Shown piece after piece: positions 44,318-53,883 of a DNA stretch of 64,000 nucleotides. Position numbers and translations under genes: made by a program. The stretch covers positions 1,632,001 to 1,696,000 of the forward strand of contig OZ242318.1 of the NCBI GenBank assembly GCA_965208105.1, read 5' to 3'. Below the pieces are notes generated by a model. That model was given only the letters and a program-made list of their open reading frames with translations. It was not told the origin of the DNA and did not search any database. Source of the stretch: Candidatus Latescibacterota bacterium. GTDB lineage: Bacteria > Latescibacterota > UBA2968 > UBA8231. Each line of letters begins with the position of its first letter. The first letter of the stretch is position 1.

Positions 44318-45082
44318 CTACGGCTTCCTCGCCTCGAGGAAGAACTTCGCTGCGAAGTACCCGAGCTCTTCGCCGGCCTCGAGACGCTCCTGAAGCGCGA
44401 GCAGGTAGCGCAGGTGCGACTTCACCGTGAAGCCCGGAACTTCCCAGGGTATGGCCTTCAGGTAGTAGACGATCGCGCCCACGTCTTCGAACACGAGGCG
44501 GTCTTCCCACTTCTCGACGGTCACCATGCGGAGACCGGCCGCTTCCAGCATCGGCACGTAGCGCTCGACCGTGATGTCGGGGAACTCCGGTTCCGCGTCG
44601 AAGAGGGCCTTCAGGTCCCACAGCCACATTCCGTGCACCTGCTGGGTCAGGAAGGTGCCCCCCGGGGAAAGGACACGGGCGACCTCGCTCGAGTTGAACT
44701 CCGCGTGGCGGTTGAGTACTAGATCGAACTCGCCATCGGCAAAAGGCATGGGGCCGGTATCGGAGACGGCCGCCTTCACCACCTCCACTCCCAGAGGGGA
44801 AAGCCGCTCGCCCGCGAGCTCGAAATTCGGAGCGTAGTCCTCCGTGGCGACGACCCTTGCCGGCCAGTGTTCCCGCAGGCTCAACAGCTTCTCTCCCCCG
44901 CCGGTGTCCAGGTCGGTCACCGAGGACGAGCGCGCCATCAGTTCGGCCGCGCGGTCCAGGTAGGACCAGTGCTCCCGACCCGTCTTCATCCGGCCATCGA
45001 GATAGGAGAAGTCCCATCCGACGAAGGGCTGCCGCTCCTCCCGCAGCCAGGTCTCAACGAGTTCCGCCCGATCCTCTTTCAT
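44318..45082 (-). CDS. Class I SAM-dependent methyltransferase
   Basis: PFVGWDFSYL, DLDTGGGE motif I, PFADGEFDLVLNRH, RVLSPGGTFLTQQV, IPWEVPGF; ATG 45082 after GAGGTG. Confidence 0.9.
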   Translation of the reverse strand: MKEDRAELVETWLREERQPFVGWDFSYLDGRMKTGREHWSYLDRAAELMARSSSVTDLDTGGGEKLLSLREHWPARVVATEDYAPNFELAGERLSPLGVEVVKAAVSDTGPMPFADGEFDLVLNRHAEFNSSEVARVLSPGGTFLTQQVHGMWLWDLKALFDAEPEFPDITVERYVPMLEAAGLRMVTVEKWEDRLVFEDVGAIVYYLKAIPWEVPGFTVKSHLRYLLALQERLEAGEELGYFAAKFFLEARKP

Positions 45083-45155
45083 CACCTCGATGACTCCCTG
45101 GGCGACAACTCGCTCTCTTCTCTCCGTCTCAGCCTTACTGCCGGGACCGCCATGT

Positions 45156-46838
45156 CTAACAGAAATCCAAATCCGCCCCCAGGTTCGCCTGCAATACGCG
45201 CCTGGCGTAGAGCCGCCGCCATCCACGCGCCGGCGCATCGGGCGCCGTCCATTCCGCCCGCCGCCGTGCGAGGACATCATCGGGTACCAGCAGATCCAGG
45301 CGCCCGGCTTCCACGTCCAGCTCGATCAAGTCCCCGTCGCGGACGAGTGCCAGGGGCCCTCCCACCGCCGCCTCCGGGGCCACGTGCAAGGCTACCGTGC
45401 CATAGGCCGTGCCGCTCATCCGCCCGTCGGAGACGCGCACCATGTCCTCGACCCCCTGTGCCGCGAGGTACCTGGGCAAGGCCATGGAGCCGGCTTCGGG
45501 CATGCCGAGGGCAACCGGCCCGGCCCCGCGCAGCACCAGCACGTGCTCCGGGGTAATGCCCAACCCGGGGTCGTCCACGCGCTCGGCGTCCTCCGGACCG
45601 TCGAACACGACCGCCGGGCCTCGATGTTTGTGCAGGTGCGGGGACGAGGTGGCCTTCTTCAGGACCGCCCCGTCCGGCGCCAGCGAACCTTTCAGCACCA
45701 CGAGGGACGAGGCCGGACCCAGAGGCTCATCCAATGTACGGACCGCGGTCTGCCACGCGGCGGGCGCGGCCACCTTCTGCAGGAGCGCGCCAAGAGTTTG
45801 GCCGCTGACTCCCGTCGCATCGAGGTCGAGCATCGGCTCCAGCGCCTTGAGCAGGACGGGCACCCCTCCGGCCTTGTCGAAATCCTCCATGTACCCGGTT
45901 CCCGCCGGCTTGCAATCGACCAGCAGCGGCACCTGTCGGGCCACTGTGTGGAAGTCGTCCAGCGACAGGTCCACCCCCGCCCGGCGCGCTATGGCGAGCA
46001 GATGCACCACCGCGTTGGTCGAGCCGCTCAGCGCGGCCAGCACCTTGAGCGCGTTGGCAAAGGCCGCCGGCGTCAGTATTTCCCGCGCCGGGGTTCCCCC
46101 GGTGGCTAGGGCCACGGCGCGGCGGCCGGTGGCCACTCCAAGCCGCAAGCGCTGGCTTGAGACTGCGGGCGGAGTAGCCGCGCCCGGCAGCATCATCCCC
46201 AGGGCCTCGGCCACGCAGGCCATGGTCGAAGCCGTGCCCATGACCATGCAGGTCCCGGCGGTCGGGCACAGGCTCTGCCTGACGGCGGCGATCTCCTCGG
46301 CGTCGAGCGCGCCGGCCCGGTGCTGGGCCCAGTAGCGGCGGCAATCGGTGCATGCGCCCAGGCGCTCGCCGCGCCAGTCCCCGGTCAGCATCGGCCCGGT
46401 GACGAGGTGGATGGCGGGCACGGAGGAGGAGGCCGAGGCCATGAGCTGGGCCGGCAGGGTCTTGTCGCAGCCGCCGAGCAGCACGACCGCGTCCATGGGC
46501 TGGGCGGCGATCATTTCCTCGGTGGCCATGGCCATGAGGTTGCGAAAGAGCATGGCGGTGGGGGACAGGAGGAGCTCGCCCAGGGAAAGGGTCGGAAAGA
46601 CGAGAGGCAGCCCGCCCGCTTCCAGCACGCCCCGTTTGACCGCTTCCACGAGTTGGGGCATGTCGCGATGGCAGGTGGTGTAGTCGGACGAGGTGTCGGC
46701 GATGCCGACCACGGGCCGATCCAGGTCCGCCTCGTCGAAGCCGGCCGACGCGAGAAAAACGCGGCGCAGGTAGCGGCTGAAACCCGGGTCGCCGTAGTGG
46801 GTCAGGTTGCGATCGATGCCGGAGGGAGAAGTGGGCAT
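45156..46838 (-). CDS. IlvD/Edd family dehydratase (probably sugar-acid dehydratase branch)
   Basis: RPVVGIA, TCH, FRNLMAM, GGCDKT, GACTDCRR, GTCMVMGTASTM, GSTNAVVHL, SDGRMSGT, LHVAPEA, GADLDF. Confidence 0.9.
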   Translation of the reverse strand: MPTSPSGIDRNLTHYGDPGFSRYLRRVFLASAGFDEADLDRPVVGIADTSSDYTTCHRDMPQLVEAVKRGVLEAGGLPLVFPTLSLGELLLSPTAMLFRNLMAMATEEMIAAQPMDAVVLLGGCDKTLPAQLMASASSSVPAIHLVTGPMLTGDWRGERLGACTDCRRYWAQHRAGALDAEEIAAVRQSLCPTAGTCMVMGTASTMACVAEALGMMLPGAATPPAVSSQRLRLGVATGRRAVALATGGTPAREILTPAAFANALKVLAALSGSTNAVVHLLAIARRAGVDLSLDDFHTVARQVPLLVDCKPAGTGYMEDFDKAGGVPVLLKALEPMLDLDATGVSGQTLGALLQKVAAPAAWQTAVRTLDEPLGPASSLVVLKGSLAPDGAVLKKATSSPHLHKHRGPAVVFDGPEDAERVDDPGLGITPEHVLVLRGAGPVALGMPEAGSMALPRYLAAQGVEDMVRVSDGRMSGTAYGTVALHVAPEAAVGGPLALVRDGDLIELDVEAGRLDLLVPDDVLARRRAEWTAPDAPARGWRRLYARRVLQANLGADLDFC

Positions 46839-46896
46839 GCGGCTCCTATTTGGCTTTGACTGGGCGGGTTGAGGTAGGGATTGGGTTGGGTGGGCT

Positions 46897-46925
46897 AAGA
46901 TATGGCTTGGGCAGGTGAGAATCAA
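46897..46925 (-). promoter_or_regulatory. sigma70-type promoter of the dehydratase gene
   Basis: TTGATT (46925-46920), 17 nt, TATCTT (46902-46897). Confidence 0.5.
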
Positions 46926-46971
46926 TGTGGATTGGGTTGGTCGGGACCGGAGGGGGTGCGCAAGGATGTGA

Positions 46972-47073
46972 TCACCGCAGCCTTAGTTCCAGGCGGCGGC
47001 CAAGAGCGTCGCTTACTTTCCGCAGCGTGGAAAGCTTGATGTCCTCGGCATGGTTCTCAAGGCGGGAAATAGC
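46972..47073 (-). pseudogene. 3' stub of an Xre/HigA-like HTH regulator (antitoxin)
   Basis: AISRLENHAEDIKLSTLRKVSDALGRRLELRLR* is the C-terminal half of an HTH_3 domain; the N-terminal half is missing. Confidence 0.75.
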
Positions 47074-47116
47074 CCTACCGAGATATCCCCCCTCACCTAC
47101 CTCTCCACCCAGCCCC

Positions 47117-49090
47117 TCAATTTAGAAAGGTGCCGATCACGTTGCCCTGCATGCCCGTGAACAGGTCGATGATCAGCCAGCAGCCGGCGGGGAAGATCTC
47201 GCCCACGATCATGCCGAGGAAGAAGGGTACGGCCCTGCGATAGAGGTTGGGTCCGCCGTACTTGAGGATGACGCTTTTGAGGATCAGGGCGGCAAAGACG
47301 CTGAACCACATGGAGCCGAAGGCCGAGCTGATGGGGAAGCCGAGGGGGTGGAAGGGCCACCACAGGAACTTGTAGTGCAGCAGTTCCAGGACCGCCATGA
47401 TGCCGGCGCCCACCCCCACCTGGATCCAGCCGTCGATGTGGGGACCCAGCGGGGCCGATACCACTATGTCCATGAATTTGTAGGGGTACCAGGCTGAATT
47501 GGCGGCGTAGAACTGGTTGAGGTTGATGGCTCCGTGCTCGTAGGCGGTCTCCAGGCGGATCCACATGGCAATTACCAGGGTGATCAGCACCGTTCCCATG
47601 ATGGCCCAGAACAGGCGCCTCTTGTGGCGGCCGATGTGCTCGGCCAGCTTGAGCCCGTTGGTGCAGGCGCTCATCAACAGGATGAGCACGTCCGTGGCCC
47701 ACACGTAGGTGGTGGCCAGGGCGGCCCCCCCGCGGGAACCCACCAGCGCCGTGCCGAGCCCGGCCGAGACGAAGTCGGGCCCGGTGATGGGCGGGAACAT
47801 AACCGCGACCCCACCCTCCGCCACCACCCGGGTGATGGTCAGGAAGACGACGAAACAGGCGGCCAGCAGCAGGGGCACTATCCACAGGGGCAGGCCGGCG
47901 TGCCATAGCCAGACGCTCATGACCCCCAGACCCAGCAACCCGCCCAGGACGGCCTGGCGGTAGGACATTACCTCGCCGGCGTCGTCCGCCTCCCCGGCCC
48001 CCGAAAGGGCCTTGCGCCAGACCATGCGCAAATGGCCGCGGGCCTTCCACAAACCGAGGAGCACCAGGACGATCATGCCGCCCATGGCCTGGTACATGAC
48101 GATGGGGTGGGCGTAGTGGCCGAAAGCCCCCACCGGCCCCGGGTCGATCTCGATCCCGAGGAAGCGGAATAGCCCCTGCTCCACCACGTTGACGAGGTAG
48201 AAGAAACAGAGCCCGGCGGCGATGTTGCGGCTGATGAGGAAGGAGAATCCCACCAGGGTGAAGCTGAGGGTGAAGCCCACCGCGATGGAGCCGCGAAACA
48301 GGGGTATGGAGCCGAAGTTGGTGCTGATGGAGGGAAAGTAGTGGAAGTAGTTGTGCAGGGCGTTGAGATTGCCGATGGCGAAGGGGAGTAGGAAGCCCAG
48401 CCACATGACCCAGTTCTTGAAGAAGGGGGGGATCGCCGACGGCCGCCCTTCAGGGCTGCCGCCCCCCTCCTGGATCATGTGCAGCGGTAGCTGCATGGTG
48501 GGATAGACCAGGCGCTCGCGCTCCACCCACTGGCGGCGCAGCACCACCGAGACCGAGACCATGACCAGGAACAGGGCGAGGCCGAACAGGAGCCAGTAGA
48601 GCAGCGGCGCGGCCCAGGCGTCCCAGGGAACCCCGGCATGAGCCTGGTCGGCCCCTTCGTAGTACTGGCGCACCACCCGCTCGTCCTGGACGGTCGCCCA
48701 TTCGGGCAGAAAGGGCAAAAGCCGCTCGGACCAGCCGTTCTCGGGGGTGGCATAGTACTGCGCCCCGGTGGCAATGGGCATGACGTAGGCCGCGAAACCG
48801 CGGGCGGGCAGGGTATTGGCGATGAGCAGCAGGATGTAGACGACGGCCAGCTCGCTCTTGTCCAGGGCGAGGCCGCGGTGTGTCCGGCGCAGGACGGCGT
48901 TGACCAGGCCCACCAGCACGACGAAGAGAAAGATTGCCCCCGGGCTGGTGTTCCACACCCCCATCTGCGAGCCCTTGATGACCATGTCGCCGTAGGGGAT
49001 GGCCACGGCCATGAAAGCCGCCAGGGCCAGCCCCACGGCAATTGCCCGGAAGCTGCAGCCGCGGTAGGGACAGGGTGTTCTATGGTCCAC
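47117..49090 (-). CDS. Multi-pass membrane protein, DUF6785/DUF6784-like (putative transporter)
   Basis: Many hydrophobic helices; YYATPENGW, VPW.AW..PL, LRRQWVERERLVYP, WWPFHPLG, LKSVILKYGG..LYR.AVPFFLG; GTG start. Confidence 0.75.
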   Translation of the reverse strand: MDHRTPCPYRGCSFRAIAVGLALAAFMAVAIPYGDMVIKGSQMGVWNTSPGAIFLFVVLVGLVNAVLRRTHRGLALDKSELAVVYILLLIANTLPARGFAAYVMPIATGAQYYATPENGWSERLLPFLPEWATVQDERVVRQYYEGADQAHAGVPWDAWAAPLLYWLLFGLALFLVMVSVSVVLRRQWVERERLVYPTMQLPLHMIQEGGGSPEGRPSAIPPFFKNWVMWLGFLLPFAIGNLNALHNYFHYFPSISTNFGSIPLFRGSIAVGFTLSFTLVGFSFLISRNIAAGLCFFYLVNVVEQGLFRFLGIEIDPGPVGAFGHYAHPIVMYQAMGGMIVLVLLGLWKARGHLRMVWRKALSGAGEADDAGEVMSYRQAVLGGLLGLGVMSVWLWHAGLPLWIVPLLLAACFVVFLTITRVVAEGGVAVMFPPITGPDFVSAGLGTALVGSRGGAALATTYVWATDVLILLMSACTNGLKLAEHIGRHKRRLFWAIMGTVLITLVIAMWIRLETAYEHGAINLNQFYAANSAWYPYKFMDIVVSAPLGPHIDGWIQVGVGAGIMAVLELLHYKFLWWPFHPLGFPISSAFGSMWFSVFAALILKSVILKYGGPNLYRRAVPFFLGMIVGEIFPAGCWLIIDLFTGMQGNVIGTFLN

Positions 49091-49250
49091 GTCTATAATT
49101 CCTCAAAGGCGGAAATATGCGCCGATGGGATGGCTGAATGCTGGTTTGGGGAAGAGGGGAGTCTCGATCCTGAACACTCTGCATTTTGGTTCAGAATCGG
49201 GGGACCTCGTTGCGCGCAGGTGGGACTGGCCTGCTACCGGGGAGGGGTGA

Positions 49251-49631
49251 TCACCGCGCGGGTCCGCAGATGGTGATGAGGTAGCCGTCGGGGTCGCGGA
49301 GCTTGAATTCGTCCTGATGCGCCAGGGGATTGAAGCCCAGGTCGATTTCCATCTGGGCATCGGCCTCCCTTGCCCGCTGGTAAACGGATTCCAGGTCCGC
49401 CGTCCTGAAGTAGATTTCCACGCCTCGCCCCACCTGCCCTGCTTCGTCGGCGGCCATGGAAGGATGATCGTCGAGTCCCAGCTTGTGCAGCAGGATGACC
49501 ACCTCGCCTCCAGCGTTGACGATGCGGTCGAACTCGGACCCGCCGTGGTTGCTGCTGCAGCCCAGAAGGTGCTGGTACCACGCCGAGCTTTTCTCCACGT
49601 CGGCGACCCCGATCATGGTCTCGGTCTTCAT
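49251..49631 (-). CDS. VOC / glyoxalase family protein
   Basis: IGVADVEKSSAWYQHLLG, IYFRTADLE, EFKLRDPDGY.ITI; AGGAGG RBS. Confidence 0.88.
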   Translation of the reverse strand: MKTETMIGVADVEKSSAWYQHLLGCSSNHGGSEFDRIVNAGGEVVILLHKLGLDDHPSMAADEAGQVGRGVEIYFRTADLESVYQRAREADAQMEIDLGFNPLAHQDEFKLRDPDGYLITICGPAR

Positions 49632-49644
49632 GCAATCCTCCTTT

Positions 49645-50517
49645 TCACCCTTCGATGAACGCGATGATAGCCCGCGCCAGCTCCTTGGGCTTGTGATAGC
49701 CGATGTCGTGGATGGTTTCGGCTATCCAGTGGACGCGGCAGTTGGGGATGGCATCCGCCGCCAGGTCCACCAGGCGCCTGCGGGCGAGAGCGAACTGGCT
49801 TTCGGCCTCCCGCGGCGAGGCGCCGGCGGGGACGATCAGGGTGGGGCACTCGACCCGCGGCCAGGCCTCGGAGGAAGGGTCCTCCCACATGGCGCGAATG
49901 ACCTGGGCCTGGTTTTCAGGTCGCAGGATGTCGTAAATCTGCCCGTCGCGCTCATAGACCATGGTCTGCACGATGCGCTCGACTTCGTCGTTCCAGCTCT
50001 CCGCAAGCTGCCCGGCCATTCGCCGCAGGAACTCGGCGCGGGTGCCCGACACGTTGCGCGGGGCCAGCCTGCGGCTGAAGTCCTCCCAGGTGCCGCCCGG
50101 AATCATCTCGGGGCCGACGAAGCCGCCGTCTATCATCACCAGGGCGCTGACGCGATCGGGGTAGTGCGCCGCGGTGGCGACGGCCACGTTGCCGCCCCAC
50201 GAGTGCCCCAGAACGATGGCGCGCTCGATTCCCAGCACGTCCAGCAGCCCGACCGCGTCGGAGGCGACCGAACGCCAGTCGTAGCCGCCGGCGGCCTGCG
50301 TCGTCCTGCCGTGGCCGCGCTGGTCCGGGGCAACGATGCGGAACCGGCCGCACAAATAGGGAGCCAGGATGTCGTACCAGTGCGCCGAGGAGGCCAGTCC
50401 GTGCAGGGCCAGGACCGGAGGCCCGTCGCCGCCCCAGTCGAGATACCGCATGCGCAGGGAGCGCACCTCCGCCCACTCTTCGGCGGGTTTGGGCTTCCCG
50501 GGATCGGCTATGGGCAT
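49645..50517 (-). CDS. Alpha/beta hydrolase
   Basis: PVLALHG, APDQRGHGRT, GHSWGG nucleophile, terminal His in TIHD. Confidence 0.9.
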   Translation of the reverse strand: MPIADPGKPKPAEEWAEVRSLRMRYLDWGGDGPPVLALHGLASSAHWYDILAPYLCGRFRIVAPDQRGHGRTTQAAGGYDWRSVASDAVGLLDVLGIERAIVLGHSWGGNVAVATAAHYPDRVSALVMIDGGFVGPEMIPGGTWEDFSRRLAPRNVSGTRAEFLRRMAGQLAESWNDEVERIVQTMVYERDGQIYDILRPENQAQVIRAMWEDPSSEAWPRVECPTLIVPAGASPREAESQFALARRRLVDLAADAIPNCRVHWIAETIHDIGYHKPKELARAIIAFIEG

Positions 50518-50588
50518 AGTTTTCTTCTCAATCGCCTCAATTGGAAGGCCTGGGCGGCTCGCCATGATGGTTGCACCCGCGTTTCCTC

Positions 50589-52196
50589 TCAATAGCGCAT
50601 GGAAAGCTGGACACAATCCAACACCAGCGGAGTCTGAGCGGCTTCGTTCCGGCGTTGCAGCATAAGCTCGACCTGGTTCTCGCCCCTCCTGACCTGCTCC
50701 GGCCGCAGCCGGCACTCCAGCCAGCTTCCGGTCGATCCGGCATGCTGCTCCTCACCCGGCGCCAGTTGCAGTGCGGCGCCGTTGAGTTCAACCGATAACC
50801 TTTCCTCCGCCGTCAACTCCCAGAGATGCAAGCGGAAACGCAGCTCCGCGATGCCGCGCGTGTTCGGGTCTTCACCTACCTGGAAGTGAAGGCCGAGGGG
50901 AACTCCTGCCTGTATTTCCACCTCGAACGCCTGCCCGAAGCTCGAGTCGCCCCCGAACCCGTCGATGCCGAACAGCTTGTCCTTGCCCGCCATGGTTGCC
51001 GGGTCGCCGATCTCCCGCCATACCTCGGGATCGCCCAACCCGGGATTGAAGATGTAGATGCCGTCGGCTCCGGCGTTGAACAGGTTCATGGCGGCGCCGC
51101 GCCATGCCGCCCTTGTTCCTTCCCAGTTGTTGAGTACCGGAATGTAGGACGGTTTGCCCAGGCGCTCGGGTTGGCCGCCATACAGGGTTTCCAGCCATTC
51201 TCCGCGGGTCCGGTGCCTGCCCCTGGAGAGGCCGAGGAAGACCCAGTGACACCAGAACGCCCAGTCGAGGCAGGGATATACCGGTACATGGTGCCGGTGA
51301 CCCAGCTCGATGATATCCGCAAACGACTCGCTCATGGACGACTCGCTGCCGCCGCCCGGAATCAGCAGGTCGAGCAGGTCTTCCTCGAGCCATTGCTCCA
51401 GGTCGACGCCGATGAAACGCGCATCTGCCGTATTGAACGGCGTGCGCGCCGCCAGCAGCAGCGGGCGTCCTCTCTGCTCACCCACCTCGTCAGCCAGATT
51501 GCGGACTCGGCGCACCAGACCACTCATCATGTCCAGGTGCTCCCGCTCCACCGGTTGCATCTCCAGGGTCGGACGGAAGTACGGGTAGTGGCGGAAAAAG
51601 TCCAGCTCCATGCCGTCCACGTCGTAGCTGCGCGCCACTTCCTCGATGATGGAGAAGACGTGGTCTCGAACCTCGGGGAAACCATAGTCGAGGGAAGTCC
51701 AGGCACCGCCGTCGCCGGGCTCGCCCATGAGGAACTGCGGGTGGTCGCGCTTGAACGGAGACAGGCCGTAGTCCCAGCGGCGCTCACCCTCGGCGTAGGA
51801 GTCGTGGACGTCGTTCATGCGCAGCGACCAGAACGACTCCATGCCGTGCTCGTGGCTGAAGTCGGTGTGAATCTGCAGGGTGTCGCGGCCGTATTTTTCC
51901 ACCAGTTGCAGCGGCATCTCCCTGCCATAGAAGCCGCCCAGTTTCGTCTGGTGCGAAAAGGTGAGTCCGGCCATGCAGCTGCAATACCAGTTGCTGTCCA
52001 CCTGCGATCCGATCAAGGGCGTGTTGCGCGCATTGAGGAAATCGTCGATGATCTCACCCTCTGTGCGCACGGTGAGGCCTTCGGCGGCGTCGTGTTCCAG
52101 TTCCGCACCCGTGCGCGCGTAGACGGCATCGTCCCCATCGTTGTTGTAGATGATGCGCCGTTTGCGCCGGCGCGCCTGTCTTCTCGCTTCGTCCAT
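50589..52196 (-). CDS. GHL10-like TIM-barrel hypothetical protein
   Basis: RRIIYNNDGDD, SLRMNDVHD, LDYGFPEVRD....IEEVARSYDVDGMELDFFRH, GADGIYIFN; no signal peptide. Confidence 0.7.
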   Translation of the reverse strand: MDEARRQARRRKRRIIYNNDGDDAVYARTGAELEHDAAEGLTVRTEGEIIDDFLNARNTPLIGSQVDSNWYCSCMAGLTFSHQTKLGGFYGREMPLQLVEKYGRDTLQIHTDFSHEHGMESFWSLRMNDVHDSYAEGERRWDYGLSPFKRDHPQFLMGEPGDGGAWTSLDYGFPEVRDHVFSIIEEVARSYDVDGMELDFFRHYPYFRPTLEMQPVEREHLDMMSGLVRRVRNLADEVGEQRGRPLLLAARTPFNTADARFIGVDLEQWLEEDLLDLLIPGGGSESSMSESFADIIELGHRHHVPVYPCLDWAFWCHWVFLGLSRGRHRTRGEWLETLYGGQPERLGKPSYIPVLNNWEGTRAAWRGAAMNLFNAGADGIYIFNPGLGDPEVWREIGDPATMAGKDKLFGIDGFGGDSSFGQAFEVEIQAGVPLGLHFQVGEDPNTRGIAELRFRLHLWELTAEERLSVELNGAALQLAPGEEQHAGSTGSWLECRLRPEQVRRGENQVELMLQRRNEAAQTPLVLDCVQLSMRY

Positions 52197-52231
52197 CAGG
52201 TTCCTCCGTCGACAGCGGGTTTATGGGAAAA

Positions 52232-53731
52232 TCACAACTTCCCCAGTATCTCGGCCACCTTCTCTTCGAACTGCGCCTGCCATTCCGGCGCCACCAGGCA
52301 GTCGGTGTCCTCCTGGGCTCTTCCCCTGTTCTTCAGCTGTTCGACCGTGGGCGTGTAGAAGATATATCCGTTGGTAACCCCGGCGACAAAGGTGAATTGG
52401 TGGGGAGACCGGCTCTTGATATTGAGCCCTATCTCTACGGGCAGCTCCCCCGGAAAGGTGACCAGGATGAAATCTCCGACCCTCAGCCCCGCCACCTCCA
52501 CCTCGATCGTTCCCGTGTCGGAGGCCGAGTTCGACGCCTGTTTCTGCTTCAGCATATCGATGTTTATCTGGATTTTCGTCAGTTCCTCCATGATGTAGAT
52601 ATTCTCGATATAGCGGTCCATGTTCCTCTTTTTCTGGGCATCGAGTCGGACCAGGTCGTCTCTCCCCATCATCTTTTCGTGCAAATACCGATAGGAGTAG
52701 TAGGATGGATACTCGGGGAAGAGGCGGTACTTCACGAACTGGGTAATGAAGCTCTTCAGGTTGAAATTGGTCCCCTTCAGAAAAATCTTACCCCTCGTGG
52801 TGGGGGACGTGAGGGAGAGGGTCAGGGACTTCAGCAAGCTTCGCTGCTCCTGCTCCATCTCGGCGATGAGATGCTCCAGGTCCGCCCGCGGCAGCTCGAG
52901 CGTCTCGTTGATCAGTTTCAGCGGACCCTCCCCTCGAGTCCGGATCTTCCTCAAGGCCCTCAAGGTGCTGAGACCGAGCAGGTTTCCCAGCGGCTCCGCG
53001 TCGCGGAGATAGTCTATATCGTTCCCCTTGTAAAAGCCGGGATTGACGTCCGCGCCACAGCCCTGGGTGAACAGGGCGATTGTGCCTTCGCTCAGATTCT
53101 CCTCGATCACGCCGGAGGCGAAGCCGGATATGTCGGCGGTGTTTCCGCCGCCGGGGACCTCCTGAATCGGATGGCAGGCGAAGTTGTAGACGACCGCCAG
53201 CGCGCGTCCGTCTTCCCGGTCGAGCCGCAGGATGCCGATTTCAGGATCGACCGGCCCGACCCCCACCACCTCTTCGTCGGGAGGAAGGCCGTAGAGTTGG
53301 CGGACATCCGCCTCCCTGCCGTTTCTCAGCTTGACTCTGCGGTTCTCCATGATCCTGTCTTCGTGGCCGCTGCCCGCGCCGACGGATACGGGCTCCATCT
53401 TCCCCCATGCTTCCCTCACGGCCTGGACCGTGCGTTGCTCGATATCGGCGCACACGTCTCCGTGACAGTGGGTGGCGCTGATCAGCAGATTCGCCGGCTC
53501 CAGGTTCAACTCTCTTTCGAGTTGCGAACGCACGTTGGCGAGGTAGTCGTCCTGAACGATGCCGAGTTCGGCGATGGTCACCACGTCGACGGAAACGAGA
53601 ACCGCCGTTGTAGTGCCATCCTCCAGTACCAGTGCTCTCGCATATAGAGGGTCGTTGACGGGGCGCGGGCCGCTTGCGCTTATTTCCACTTTTGCGGCCC
53701 CCGCGCGCAGCTGGCTGCCTGATGCACTCAT
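52232..53731 (-). CDS. Neutral/alkaline-ceramidase-like hypothetical amidohydrolase
   Basis: LRAGAAKVEI, DPLYARALVL, ISATHCH, NFACHP, QGCGADVNP, PGELPVEIGL.IK, NGYIFYTPT; ATG after GAGGAG. Confidence 0.72.
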   Translation of the reverse strand: MSASGSQLRAGAAKVEISASGPRPVNDPLYARALVLEDGTTTAVLVSVDVVTIAELGIVQDDYLANVRSQLERELNLEPANLLISATHCHGDVCADIEQRTVQAVREAWGKMEPVSVGAGSGHEDRIMENRRVKLRNGREADVRQLYGLPPDEEVVGVGPVDPEIGILRLDREDGRALAVVYNFACHPIQEVPGGGNTADISGFASGVIEENLSEGTIALFTQGCGADVNPGFYKGNDIDYLRDAEPLGNLLGLSTLRALRKIRTRGEGPLKLINETLELPRADLEHLIAEMEQEQRSLLKSLTLSLTSPTTRGKIFLKGTNFNLKSFITQFVKYRLFPEYPSYYSYRYLHEKMMGRDDLVRLDAQKKRNMDRYIENIYIMEELTKIQINIDMLKQKQASNSASDTGTIEVEVAGLRVGDFILVTFPGELPVEIGLNIKSRSPHQFTFVAGVTNGYIFYTPTVEQLKNRGRAQEDTDCLVAPEWQAQFEEKVAEILGKL

Positions 53732-53883
53732 TGTCGTCTCCTCACGTTGGTTTCCCCCCATGCAAATGAAGCGGATACACCAAAGCTGAAAGCTCTGCAG
53801 ATGAACGCCGTTTCGTCAAGGGAGCGGACTGGTGCGGCGGCGCACGGCCGGGCCTCGTGCCTGGACGAGCTCTCCCTCCGCTG

